This document shows positions 38,259-50,840 of a DNA stretch of 64,000 bases, in pieces (positions within the stretch are counted from its first letter, which is position 1; every line of letters begins with the position of its first letter). Both the position numbers and the translations under genes were made by a program. This DNA comes from Perkinsus olseni (taxonomy: Eukaryota), in NCBI GenBank assembly GCA_013115125.1, contig JABANN010000058.1, positions 1 to 64,000 on the forward strand. Reading direction: 5' to 3'. The notes beneath the pieces are model-generated. The model was not told the DNA's origin and ran no database searches. It was given only the letters and a program-made list of their open reading frames with translations.

Positions 38259-39936
38259 ATGGCTGATACGGAAGAATCGTTGAGGGCAACAGAGTCGGAG
38301 CTCTTCCCTAGGCCTAGCCCGGAGCTGCCCAGTCCAACGGTATTCCGCGCGGAGTATTTGATACCAAACCGACCAGGCTGTTTTGCAGTCTCCAACGAGG
38401 TTATGGGGTTGTCAGAGGAGTTTGCTGAGGACCCTGTTGGGTGGATGATGGCTCACTTTGGTGATCGGAAAATCCCTATCTCGCGGAAGGTGCTGGATGA
38501 ACAGGAGTGCAAGGAAGGTACTAGGTCGCGAGATATTTCGCCCCGAAATTTTAGCCGTGAGATTTCACTGTAATGCACAACCTTTGGGTGGAGGCTTGGA
38601 TTGATTAGACGACTATGGACGGCTTGAGAGAATGTGGGGTGAGTCACTGAGAAGAGACTCCTTCGAGGCGCAATGCTATCGTAGCGAGGGAATGTCATCA
38701 TCGGGGAGAGGTTGCCTGGTGGATAAAGCTTATTGCGACCGTGTATTGCGACCGTGTGCTTATTGCGACAGCTGTATTGCGAGTGAAACCGTACGCATGA
38801 GCGGGAATACCCGGTTATGTGGTGATTTAGTGTGTGGCGTGGTGTTGGATGCGTGTCCTGGTGTGACGCGAGAGTCACATTGACGGTGTAGTGCTACTAC
38901 CTGTGTAAGAGTTCGAATAGTGTCGGGCTCGAAGCGACGAGGAGTCATATATGATGATCTGTGGGATTCGAACCTGCGCATGGTTTCGTAGATACTTTGA
39001 AGCATTGGTATGAGATTCTCCGTCATCATGAGTGGTATCTGAAAGATTGGATTTTTCAGTCCGAATGCGAGGGCCTGGGGATCGAACCTCCGTACAAGTG
39101 TCCTGAGCAGTTTGCTGATGATTGGCTGAACCCCTACTGGCATTCGATCCAGCCCAAGGGCGGCAAGGATTATCGGTTCATGTACTGGGGGTCCAAGGGG
39201 AGCACCACGCCGAATCACTTCGATGTTATGATGAGTCACAGCTGGACCTACAACGTCACCGGTAGGAAGTTGTGGTATTTTGGGGCGCGCGAGAATGACA
39301 AGCAGCTGAGTATTGAGTTTGAGCAGGGTCCTGGGGAGGTAGTCTTCGTACCGAGTGGATGGGCGCACAGTGTTGTGAACTTGGATGACGATACTATATC
39401 GGTCAATCATAATTGGTTCTGTGGACCGAATGTTCGGAGAGTTTATGCCGCCTTCGAGACCGACGTTGCGGAGGTGCTGAGAAATTTGGACGGTTTTGGA
39501 GTCAAGCGAGAGCCAGACATTCAGTGGTATGATGAGCATGTACAGCTTATATTGAAGGGAAATGACAGTATGGATATGGCTATGCTGGCTGATTGTATAT
39601 TGATGGGCGTTGAGAAATTGCAAGATGAGCAAGATTTTGGAGATGGTTGGGTGGAGTATTCCTTGGCTCAGGTGAGTGATGTTTCGCTTGCGTCATGAAG
39701 AGCGGAATGACCCTTCGTGCATATCCGTCTTTGTGGTGCAAATAATCGACGAACTCAGAAAATTGTGCTCGGATGGCTTGCGGGAGGAAGCAGTTTTCCC
39801 TCCTTCTTCAGGCCACATCGGTGCTGGAGGACATTCTGTCGAAAAACCGATCGGTGTTGAAGAAAGCGGTGGTCGGCAAAATCGAAGGTTTGACGTCTAC
39901 GGACGGATCTTGTACACCTCGAAGTTCCTCTACTAA
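38259..39936 (+). CDS. JMJD4: JmjC-domain 2-oxoglutarate dioxygenase, JMJD4-like; 3' end approximate
   Basis: WYLKDW, FADDWLN, DYRFMYWGSKGSTTPNHFDVMMSHSW, GRKLWYF, QGPGEVVFVPSGWAHSVVN, ISVNHNW (HxD...H). First intron about 38518-38991. Confidence 0.88.
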
Positions 39937-40031
39937 ACCTTCTGAATGATGCACTCGACTCGGGCGGTGTTGAGGGAATGGAGTGGTACTCACCTGCAGT
40001 TTGTTGTTGTTGTTTCCTTCTTCCGCATAGC

Positions 40032-40337
40032 ATGTCCCCGCCTTGTGTGCAGCTGTCCCCCTGCACATTCGTCGTCCTTGGATTGTGCTATGGTGTGGTA
40101 CTAGTAGGTATCATATGCTCACTAATAGCGGTGTATATAAAAGAAGCAGCGCCTGTCTGGGTCATCGTTCTCATTTCCGTGGGGGTTGCGTGGCTGGCCC
40201 TTGGAGTTGCATTCAAGTTCGTCTTCTCTATGCGAGACCCGCAGTGTCGGCGACTCCAAAGCGTGGTGGTGAAGAATAGCCCTTCCAGCGCTCAACGCGA
40301 TCTGACCAACAGCAGTGTAGGCGACAGCGTTGGATGA
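40032..40337 (+). CDS. Small two-transmembrane hypothetical protein
   Basis: Two hydrophobic helices and a polar tail. Confidence 0.55.
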   Translation: MSPPCVQLSPCTFVVLGLCYGVVLVGIICSLIAVYIKEAAPVWVIVLISVGVAWLALGVAFKFVFSMRDPQCRRLQSVVVKNSPSSAQRDLTNSSVGDSVG

Positions 40338-40658
40338 GCCATCCAGGGTTACATGTATTTTTTGAATCTCACTGATCTATTATAACGGCATCATGTGTCG
40401 TTCGCTCTCAACTAGTGTATAATCGACCGTTTGTTTTCTTGTGATATATAGGGCGTTTAGCGTTTGGGCTTGGAGGCACGGGTAAGATGCTGTAGATGTT
40501 TTTGTGCGAGTTATGGTAGGAGTATGTTCGGTCCTCGACCAACGAGCTCGTTCCGTTTCGTCAGCGCTGTCTGACTTCGTTTGGAGTGCGAGGAGTTCTC
40601 GCTCCCTCTAGCTCGAGGTATCTTCTCTCCTGTAGTGTCTCGGGGCATTATTATTGCC

Positions 40659-40722
40659 ATTATTGTGTACCTTATAATGGGCATTATTGTGTACCTTATA
40701 ATGGGCATTATTGTGTAATGGG
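40659..40722. repeat. 24-bp tandem repeat (about 2.5 copies)
   Basis: CATTATTGTGTACCTTATAATGGG repeated. Confidence 0.85.
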
Positions 40723-40936
40723 GCTTCGTCCTTGCATTTGCACGCATTAGCGAGAACTGATGGTGTCTGTCTGTAGGTCATTTCCGTGATAACTTCTCGC
40801 ATATCAGCGGAGTTGTTATTGGATCAACCTAACAACGCCGCTTGTCTCGGTCGATGGGCGTCTTGTTTCATTAGTATTTCGGCTTGTCCTTATTTCTAGG
40901 TTGTTTAATACGTACTTTTATCAACACTCAACGGCC

Positions 40937-41230
40937 ATGGACCGACTTCACATCTCCTTCGCCAAGGCAGTTGCACTCCTCGTTCTCTGGCTGATCGTCA
41001 TTGTTACGCTCGGTGTGGTTGCGTTGGTATGTGCCTTCATCTACCACCTCAGTGGGATCGTTGTTGGCAGCCTCATCATCGTCGGCGGCCTGATTGCTGT
41101 GCTAGGCTTGGTTGCTCGTCGGTGGATTGTGGTCGAGCGTGACATCAAGATCTCTGAGTACTACGGTAAGGAAGACGAGGACGATGACGTCAAGCCGCGT
41201 CCTGCTGAGAGTATAGTCACTGCCGTGTGA
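40937..41230 (+). CDS. Small two-transmembrane hypothetical protein
   Basis: MDRLHISFAK start, two hydrophobic helices and an acidic tail. Same architecture as 40032..40337. Confidence 0.6.
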   Translation: MDRLHISFAKAVALLVLWLIVIVTLGVVALVCAFIYHLSGIVVGSLIIVGGLIAVLGLVARRWIVVERDIKISEYYGKEDEDDDVKPRPAESIVTAV

Positions 41231-42138
41231 GCTTACTATGCATCTAGCACCTTTGTGAGTACTGTATGATAACTAGGGCATCCAGTGAAAGTTAGCTTAG
41301 TCTCCGTTGTATTGTACTCTGCTGTTGTCTTTGCGTGCTGCTCACAACAGCAATGACATTGTCACCGCTTTCGCGCATCCTAGCTAGTTACTGCCACGGC
41401 CCTCCTGTCTACCTGGTCTCGTTTTCATTCATCACTACGACATATCCGCTCGTAGATGACGTACTCGATTCAATTCCGTGTTGAATTCTGTTGGTATTGG
41501 TGAGCACCGGCGGTGCTCACCAACAGTTCCTGACTAAGTTGGGTATAGACCCAAGAGGTATAGTTTGGCAACGTCACAGCGGTGCTGCACCGCTGTGACG
41601 GTGTTGTGTTTCTTGTTCATGGCGAGATAGTTCAGTAGGTCCGTGTCCGTTGCCCCCAGTCGTCGTAGAGCTCACTGTACGTGCTAACCATCCTGAAGGT
41701 CTGCGTCTAAAGTTTTCGGTGTAATTGTTATTCTGGCTATGCTACAACCCCTGTACCAACGTTCTGGCCAGTTGTTAATACTTTCTTCTCCTATTGCCCT
41801 ACTGCCCCTGTCAGTTGTATTGTAGAGCCGCCCAAGCAGGGGCTGTGCTGGGCTCTTCTGTTCGCTACTCTAGTCCGCTGTACTTCTGTAGTCGTCGTAA
41901 ATCAGACATACTGCATCGCGCTCGCGAGCATTGGTTACATTCTGACGACCAGTACCGTGTTGTTGTGTTCCCCAGTGCGCTCGGTGGACGTTCGTGACTG
42001 CCGTCAGTTGCTTTGATATCATGGCTTATAACGGCGTAGGGGCGTCCTCGTCTACGGGGACGGCTACGACTACTGAGACCACCAATTCTACTACGGTGAC
42101 CTTGTCGATCCGGGGCGCTGAGGATGAACCTCATAATA

Positions 42139-42727
42139 ATGTCCACTGGGCTGAAGGTGACCTGGGCGTGTGAGTTTATAGCCCAACGTCGGTACCGGCT
42201 AAGTCGGGCTTTCACCCATTTGCCCAGCTTTGCAGGGTTCGAGGACATTCCAATTTTGAGCGATCACGATGCGTCATCTCCCTTCACTACTCCCTTTCTC
42301 ACAGCTACTTGAGTGGGCCTCGTTGGCGCGTAATTCGGGCCACGGTAGTCATTTCTGCTAGCATTGGAAAACCGCTCAAAATACGTTACTAGGAACTTGT
42401 CGTAGCTTTTAAGAGAGTCTGTATTTGACCTCGGATCTTGCGCTAGGTACGGTGGACAATGAGCATTTGAATCGGCGCAAGACGAAGAAGTGTTGTATTT
42501 ATCGGAAACCTCGACCATTCGGCGAGTCCTCTTCATCTTCTTCCTCGTCATCATCCTCATCCTCGTCGGACGAGGGCGGGAATGGCGGAGAGAATAGCAA
42601 TGGTATGAGTAAAAGGAAGGAGTGCGGGCAGCATCGGCGTCATCATAGATGCAGCGACCGGAGCGCTAAGGTGGGGATTTCGCGTCGTCCGGTTGAACTC
42701 ACCGACGAGGATTGGCCCTCTGTTTGA
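42139..42727 (+). CDS. PPP1R11: Protein phosphatase 1 inhibitor-3 (Ypi1/PPP1R11)
   Basis: KVTW (RVxF/W-type) motif, then after an intron [32 protein letters not shown]. Confidence 0.88.
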
Positions 42728-43240
42728 CTGCTGAGTGCAACCTCTTCAGGGAGGACCCCCGTCAAAGAACCAGCGTATCGAAGATGAACCTTCCAGAGCC
42801 TCTCACGACTCCAAAGCCGGCCAGTGAGCGCCTCCAGTGTGAGCAAGTGAGCCCAGCTGTATCATAATAATCTGTTAACACCTTATCATAGTACGCTCAA
42901 GCAGCGTAGTGCCGGGCTGTTGCGCTTGGGGGTCCTGCTGACAAACCGCACCCGCACAACCTTCACACGCAGTAGCCTCTCTACAATCACGAATGGCGTA
43001 CTTCGTCTGCTTGTAGAATCGTAAGCGTGCATTACTCCCACCCGGGCGAGCGCTTTTTCCATCCTTGTTGTCCTTCCCCTTGGGAGCGTGTAACCCTACG
43101 AAGAATCGAATCACCGTTTATGAGCCCTCGAGGAGAGCTATGGGTCAGCCAACGGACCACCTTGAGAGTATGGCACCATAGAGGGGGTTGATGTCTATTC
43201 AGTTGGGCCCGCCTTCAGGACGGGGTTCCTACTTTCCCTT

Positions 43241-46200
43241 ATGGCCTCAGTGAGCTCCAGTGAAACTTTCGACGGTCATTCGACACCCCGATCGCATCAG
43301 CCCCCACTTGACGGCGACATACGCCTTCTCCCTCACAAGAGGACGCGGCATGAGCACTTCAACGTCGTTCCCTCGGTCTTGCCGCCTTCCCGGTCGAGAG
43401 ATCATCACTCTGTCACCAAGCGGACCGCCGGTGGTGGCCTCGCACCGCCCGGTATACCTCTTCCCGGTATCGAAGATGTGACGATGATGGTGCAAGGCTT
43501 GGTCCCCAACCACCTAGGCCCCCTCTCGAAGATCAGCTGTGACAGGCTCATCCGTATGGCGGAGACTAAGCTGAAGCCTCGGCCGCCGTTTGCTCTACCA
43601 TCACAAGCAGTGGAACTCTGCCAAGAAGGCTCCTTAGCGGCCGCGCTGTCATCCGAGAGCAGCCGAAAGCGCGTCCCATGGGAGGAGAAGGAAGTTGGTA
43701 TGCTCCGCCATGAAGTGTCCAGGCTGAGAGATTGGACTCTGAAGGCTCGACGCTTGCTCGGCGAGGGTTCCGCGTCCACGATGGGTCGGCAGATGGGAAT
43801 GAAGGAAGCCCAGGAGCTCCTCACCGAGGGCCGGTCTCTCGATAGAGGCGTCGGGTCCCTCCATAAGGAGGTAAACGGAAGCATCATCCAGAGCCTTGTC
43901 TCATCGTCTACATCATGTCAGGTTAGTGAGATACAGAAGATGGTGGCGCAGGCCGAGGCCTTCGCCGTGAAGGTCCGGACGGCTAAGCCGGCTCCCAACG
44001 ACAATCTCATGTCCCTGCCAATGCTGACGGACTTGGTCGTGGAAGGCCTTGCCTTGCGTGTGTTTCCGGAGCCCGAAATGACGTACGAATGCTCCTCACA
44101 AATGCTTCGCTCCGCTAAGAAGTGATGTTATTTTCTTAGGTACCTTCAACAGCAGCAGGAGCTTGTGCGGTTACTCGCTGAAAAGCTGAGGGAAGCTACT
44201 CAGGCCAACTGCCTCGAGTCGTGCCAGATAGTTCTCTATGAGGACGAGGGTATGGACGTGGACCTCGGGCCCAAGATCGATCGATTGCGGGAGCACGTCA
44301 CCATCAGCGAGTGGGCTTCTCGGGCCCAGACAAAGCTACATGGGAGGCGCTCCCAGCTGCCACTCAGTACAGTAGAGCATCTCCTAGCCGACGACAACGC
44401 GACGGAGAAATTGGATCCTCAGCACTGTTTGGAGCTGAGGACGCTGCTCGAGGCCAGGACAGCAGGTCGAGCATGGCAGGAGCAAGCTCAAAGATACTTG
44501 CGGGCAGACACAGTCCTGCAGCACGGCAAGGACCCGGACGAGGAGGACCTGACTGCCAGGGGAACTCTCGACCAGCTGACGGTCCTCCTAGAGGAGCATT
44601 CTGACCTGCCCCGCGTCTGCGTGCCCCATGCGGCTCAGCAGCTGGAGGCTCTGATACGGAGGGGACGGCAGTGGTTGAGGAAGGTTCAGCGGCTACTCAT
44701 TCTAGAGAGGAGTACCGAGGTGTGTCCTACAGCCTCCGATGGTCAGCTGGTCGTGGAGGAAGCACTAGAGTCGGAGGTTACCAAGTCCATAGACTTCACG
44801 CAGCAAATTGAGGAGCTGACTAGGGCTGTGGCCTCCTGCGAGGACTGGACGAATGATGCTGTGGCGGCCCTGGATCGGGTTAAAGCAGTAGAGAAACTAG
44901 GCTCGGAGTCGCCGCCCACGCCCAAGCGACGGAAGAAGGAAGCTCCGAGCACGCCCTCAGAAAACGACGACGAGGCCCTTCTGGGGGAGCTGACCAAAGT
45001 CTTGGATCGGTACAACGATGAAGTGAAGCCGCGGATGGACGAGCTGCCTGGCCTCGAGGAGTTCGAGGCCTTGAGTGAGAGGGTGAAGGGCCTCTCACTC
45101 AGGGACATCAACCTTGAAAAGGAGGTGCAAAGGGTCATCGACAAGACCCGAAAGTGGCAAGGGAAAGTTATGAATGACATTCAAGAGGCTCAGGTACCGC
45201 ACGCTGTTGGACACCTGAAAAGCTGAGTTCTCGGGTGATGTCAGTTTCCTCGTCCGCACGGTGTCCTCAAGAGGCTGGTGTCGCTGTTGTCCAAGTTTCT
45301 GGCGGGCGGCATCGCTGGGGCCCACCCTAGGGAGTACTTGCAGCTCCTTGTGGGGGCTGCCCAGGAGGAGGTCTGGGCCTGCAAGGTCCGCAGCATAGTT
45401 GCCGAAGGGACAGGGGTAGGTCGCTCAGCAGCCGTCGTCGAACCGCTGTTCACTCGCTCCTCCTTATCAGCTGCCTATGAAGACCCCCACGTTAGAGGAG
45501 CTGTACGAGGACTTTCCCTTCGCGCTCAAGGCCTTAGTGGCCCCGCGGGAAGAGATCAGTCGACTGGAGGACGGCGGCTGTCCTCCGGACCAGACTTTAG
45601 TCGCAATTCGCCAGGTAGGCCTCGTCTGCCTGGCAGCGAGAGACCCTCCTCGTTCAGGCTAGTGAGCACCTTTCGTCATCCCTCCCTTCCTGGTCGTTCG
45701 AGTGGCCCAATCGATATCCTAGCAACCCGACTCGCGTCCGTGACCGAGAGGGAAGCACCGCGAGGACCATCGGTGGTGAATGGGACGTCATCATGATCCT
45801 GAAGGCGATTCTTAGCGGAGCGGAGCATGTGACCAAGTACAGTCGAGAGATGACTGGAAAAAGTAGTGCTACGCGATACTGTCAGGAACGCCACCAGCCG
45901 ACCCGCTGCCTTCTGGGCGGAGGTCGAGAAGGTCCTCGAAGGCTGCACCGCTACTTTGCTACGCCTTGACGGGCCTCTGGAGACCGTCAGGGCCGTACAG
46001 AGGACCAACTCCGAGCTGGAGCGCCGCTCATCAGATCTGCTAGCTCGCATGGAGGCTGACCACAACGCGTCACAAGAGGTTGCTGAGCGGTCGGGAGTGG
46101 ACAGCTCGCTGTTCACTGACCTGCTGGACCTCCTCAAGAACGTCGATGACTGCCCGTGTACAACGATAAACTTCGAGAAGTAGGCCTCCCCGTATGGCCC

Positions 46201-49200
46201 TCGGCTCATGAATTCGCTCTTAGGACACTACGGCCGTTGGTCACGCGCCTGGCCGAGTGGCAAAAGAGGGCCCGGGAGCTCTTCCAGTGGGACGAGAATG
46301 AGAGCCCACTGCCGGACGCTCCGAAGCCCGGCCGCAGCGAGGTGGAAGTGTACATAAATGATCTCAAAGCCGACAGTGATCTCATGAGTTTGGTCAGCAT
46401 GAACTTCCTCGATCAAGTAGCAACTTCGCTCCGTCTTCCGGTCTTCGCCAATTTTACTGTCGTTCAGGTTGGATTCATTTCGGGCGTGCTCGGAGCGGCC
46501 AGGAGTGTTGATGAGTGGGAGCGAGGCCTCGAGACTATGCTCAAGCTCCCAGAGGGTGATCTCTCCCTCGCCGCCCTCCGCAAGCACGTCGGCCAACGCA
46601 GCCATCTAGCGATAGATTTCCCGTGGTCCGAGACGACACAGCGGGCAGCGTTCGAGGCCGACCAGTGGCTCACTCTACTGCAGAGCCGAAGGTCTAGGCG
46701 GAAGCATCTGACGTTGAAGACGGCTGAGGAGATACTCCGGGCGACCCTGCCTCCGGAGGAGGGTGATGATTCTGGATTCACCAGGGAGATCATCAACAAG
46801 AGTGAGGAGTGTGTAGAGCTGAAGAAGCATGTGAGTGCATTTTGGAAGCCTTCCCGAAGAAAGACGTGGCTCATGATCAGGTAGAAGCCGCGAAGGAGCA
46901 TCTGCAGAACGCCGTCGAGGCCATCCAAGCCAGCCATCGGGCTCGGACACAGCCGGAGGAGGAGGGCTCCGCGGTGGATCACGTGGAAGTCTTGTCTGCG
47001 CTGGTGGCCGAGGGGAAGGCCCTGTACGTCCAGACCGGCATTGGGAAGTGGCTGTCTTTGGAGCTGCGGGCGCGCAACGACAACAGGCGTATGCGGGAAG
47101 CATTCGAGAAGGACAACTGTACATTAGAGGAAGCCAGACAGATATGCCAGAGCGTCCGAGCTCCAACCGCCAACCTATCGAAGCAACAGCAGCGTACCCC
47201 AATGGTGAGCTCTTATGGGCAAATCTAGTACTCCGAGAGGGCTTAGTCTAAGACGCTACTGAATTGATCGCAAAGGCCCAGAGGCCAGATATTCGGAGAG
47301 CAGTTGAAGTAGTTGCTCCTCAAGTTCATTCTCGCCGAGGAACTCGGTGCCGATGTCCGAATTAAACTCTGTGGTACTAAGAATTTCTCTCGCACCTTCG
47401 GCCTTCTGGAATTTCTCTGGACAATTTTCCCGTACAGCTTCGTTTTCAGTCGGATGAGAGCCCAGCTGAGGCTGAGGTCATCAGCTCTCTCACGTCAGAG
47501 CTAGAGACCATGGACTTCTCTTGCGACGCGGAGCTGCTACGGCGGCTGTCCCGGGAAGTAGCGGCCGCTGAGGCCTACCAGGATCGTATCAACTTGGTCC
47601 TCAAAACGTGCGGAAGTACGAGTTCTACCGGCCGAGTGGAGAAAGATCCGGAAATCGATCGCGTGATCGATAAGTCCCTCGAGTCTTGCGGGGACCAGAG
47701 CAGCCTTCCGCCAGCGGGACGCCACAAGCCGCCGGACTACGCCTTCCCCCTACCGTTCTACACCGCACTTCTTCCGGCTCCGACGGCAGCTCTCGCAAAG
47801 AAGGCGAAGAAGCCTGAGCCCGTCGTCGACGCCTTGCCTCTCTGTCTGGGGATAATCGATATGGCGCCATGGAATGCCCCGCCAGTGTCCCACACCCGGG
47901 CGCCGGTAGAAGAAGCAGTGCGGCAGCAGCGAGTGGTGAGTCGAGAGCGGGAGGCGGCTTAGGAGCACCGGCTCACTGGTCAGGCTTTACAGGGGATGAC
48001 GCCGGATCAGCGAGAGGCTGAGAAGCTCCACTTTCGCGCGCATCTTAGAAAGGCTAAGTCGACGAGTGAGTGCTGCCCTTGTTGTTGTACTCGTTCCGTT
48101 AAGTTGTGTGTGTTCAGTGTCGGAGGCTCTCACAGTGTTGGCATTCGCCCCGAAAGTCCGTTTGAGGATGGAAGAGGTCGAGGAGCTGCGGTGGGTGATT
48201 GCTTGGACGATGGAGAGTGTTCGTGATATACTGCGGCGGCATTCGGTCCTTGTACCGAATCCTACTGGTGAGGGCATCTTCCTCGCACATCACCTAATGC
48301 CATGATCGGTTTTCAGCCACTCGGTCGAACCCACTGGTGTCGGCTTCCCATGAGTACGAAGCGTGGGAGCTAGCCCTGGTTGGGGACTCTGAGCTAGGGG
48401 AGGAGGCAGGCGAAGGGAATGGAGCGAAGAGTGCGCAACAGACCACGATAGACGACTTATTGGTGAGCACTCGAAGACGGATATCGAGCGTTTCAATGCG
48501 CCATTTTTTCCTGAAAATTCTCTTTGCCCGATCGATCGGATCCAGCGACGCCTTTGTGCTGCATGGCGGCTCCTCGCGCAGTATCATGGGAATTGGACGC
48601 AGCATCGGCTCTACGGCCCGGTATTGCTGTGGTTTTCAGGAGGTGCTTCTGCAAGTTGACAGTCTTCCATTGAGCGTACGATTGAAGTCCCGTGTGGTGA
48701 CCGCTGTGGAGGCGGCTTTCGATTGGCGTGTACGTGCGCAGTGCTTGGTGCACAACCTGAAGCCAGAGAAGTCTCGGCCACGGCCGTGGGTCGGAGACCG
48801 CCGCACCTTGGTAGGGCTTCTATTTGACCGAATATCAGATGATTGTAATGCTCAGGAGTATTGGTCGGGCCACGGTCAGCGGTGCCGAGACATCTTCGAG
48901 TCACCGGAGTTCCCTCCCGGCACGCCAGTGCTCCCTCATGCAGCCGACAATGTCGTCATTGCTCCCCCTGTGGAAGACTATATACAGTCGACTCTGCAGA
49001 TGAGAGTCTTCTACCTCGTCGAGTGCTGTCGGCATTTCATGACGGTGAGTTGCCTGGACGCTCTCCAGCAACCATCCTTCTTGCATGCGATAGGTTTACA
49101 CTGACATATGCGAGATATGTAACATTCCCACGACTTTGCACACGGACACGGACAGCTGGATCACCTGCGACGTGTGTGACAAGTGGTACCACCAGAAGTG

Positions 49201-49399
49201 TGCCCGTGTCCCTCCTGACTGCACTAGTTTTGTCTGTCCAATATGCAGGGGAGATCAGAAGGCAGACGGTAAGTTGTGCAGAGCCGTGCATTATACCGCA
49301 CTCCAACGTCTTTCTCAGGTCCGTACCGATCTCCCTCGTCTAGTATTCGACAAACGTATGATGAATCATTGCGACCGCCTTTGTCCACGCTGGTGTTAG
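43241..49399 (+). CDS. Large multi-exon protein with helical PLU-1-like repeats and a C-terminal PHD finger; ends approximate
   Basis: Chain of long + strand exons with recurring W..(R/K)A..LL helical repeats. PHD finger WITCDVCDKWYHQKCARV..FVCPICRG. No JmjC or ARID domain recognised. Confidence 0.7.
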
Positions 49400-50345
49400 A
49401 AGAGCGTGACGTCCTTGGTAGAACTATTAATCAACGCCAACGAATTGGCATGTAATAAACTGCTCCGTCCCATTATTATAGTTCTCATTATTATACCATT
49501 GCTAGCGAAAATAGAGCCTTTCTACTTGGGGCTGTTTGGTTCCAGTATACATAGTCACTATGAGGCGGCGGGAGACAGATCATGGTAGCGGGCTCACGAG
49601 GCTCGTAGCCCGAGCTTGAGGACGATATTCAGGTGGTGATGATCGAGGTGAGTTGTGAAGTTTACATGGTAGATCTCTGAGCTCAGTCTCAGTCTCAAAT
49701 GCACCATAAATCCTAAATATACCCGAAAATGCCTAGGCTGCCCTAGAGTTGACTGATTCAACTTAAATCTGTTGTGTGAAGCCGCCAGAGTATGCGCCAG
49801 ACGAGCAATACCTGCATGAAGTTGCCAGACCTGCTTGAAATCGGGGGGCTTACGATGTTGACTCTCTATGTGCATGTGCCGCACTGCCCGATTACACATC
49901 CGGCATTCGGTGCTACGGTCAAAGGCCACCTGTGCATGATAGACGGCCTTTGACCGTACACTGCGACCCGGGGCGCGCCGAACTAAAACTTGTCGACTGT
50001 GGAAACAAGACATATCTTAAAATGCCACTCCGCGGCGCGTGGGTTCGGTGATGGACGCTGTCGCGTTCATCTCATAAAGGAGTCAGGGATCTGCGTGCGA
50101 GACTTTACGAGACTAGTAAAGCCCGTCAGATCAGGTGGCTCCTTGCGCCCCAGAGTAGACAGAAAAAAAAAATGCTGCGCGCGCTAACTTCCAGCCTCTC
50201 CACAGCTCCGCCTCAATGCCTCTAGCCCCGCTGAAACGGCTGGGCGTGCTCTGCGGACTATTGTGTGCGCGGTCCGCGCCGCTCCGTCTGTCATTTTAAT
50301 GTTCGGTTAACAAGTTACCCCGTGTTAAACGACGGTGCAATACTG

Positions 50346-50419
50346 TACTAGAACCGACAATCGAACTCGGGACCTACTACGTGTGAGGCAGTCGTCATAC
50401 CCAACTAAACCATTCCAGA
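50346..50419 (-). pseudogene. Degenerate tRNA-Val copy
   Basis: Aligns to 56662-56735 with stem-breaking substitutions. Loop reads CTCACAC. The upstream flank of about 55 bp is also similar. Confidence 0.75.
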
Positions 50420-50795
50420 AAGGTGAGAAGGTGCCTCATTCCGTGGTTCCTGTGAGCTCCGTGAACTGAAAAGACTGAGAGTTTAAAGTCCAGCGCCGAC
50501 AGTACGGCTTAGTCAGACTAGCACCGACGTATCTTTCTAAGGGGGATTAGTTCAGCCTGTCGAATAGGCTCTGCTCGTCAAGCCGATGAACGTTGTTCTC
50601 GGAGCGAGGTCATCGTCAGCTGGGGAACGTCCTTTCCTCCCGGCAGAGTCCGCTTCAACAGCTGCGGGGGCTGTGCACGACCACGAAACAATAGCCCTTC
50701 CCGCAGTGTGTCGACCACAAGCATCATCTCCGAGACTCGAAAAGTTCATACCCTGGCTTAGACTCACTCTAAGCCGTGCTCAGCAGCAGAATTAT

Positions 50796-50840
50796 GGGCT
50801 GAGTCTAGAGTCGAACTCGAGACCTCTCGCCACCCAAGCG
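50796..50840 (-). pseudogene. tRNA-Pro-like 3' half at the left junction of the transposon
   Basis: Minus strand reads CGCTTGGGTGGCGAGAGGTCTCGAGTTCGACTCTAGACTCAGCCC, resembling the eukaryotic tRNA-Pro 3' half (GCGAGAGGTC, GTTCGA B box, AGCCC end). Confidence 0.7.

Noticed and set aside
38760-39632. 290-aa minus-strand ORF
   Set aside because: Antisense shadow of the JmjC exon, with no motifs.
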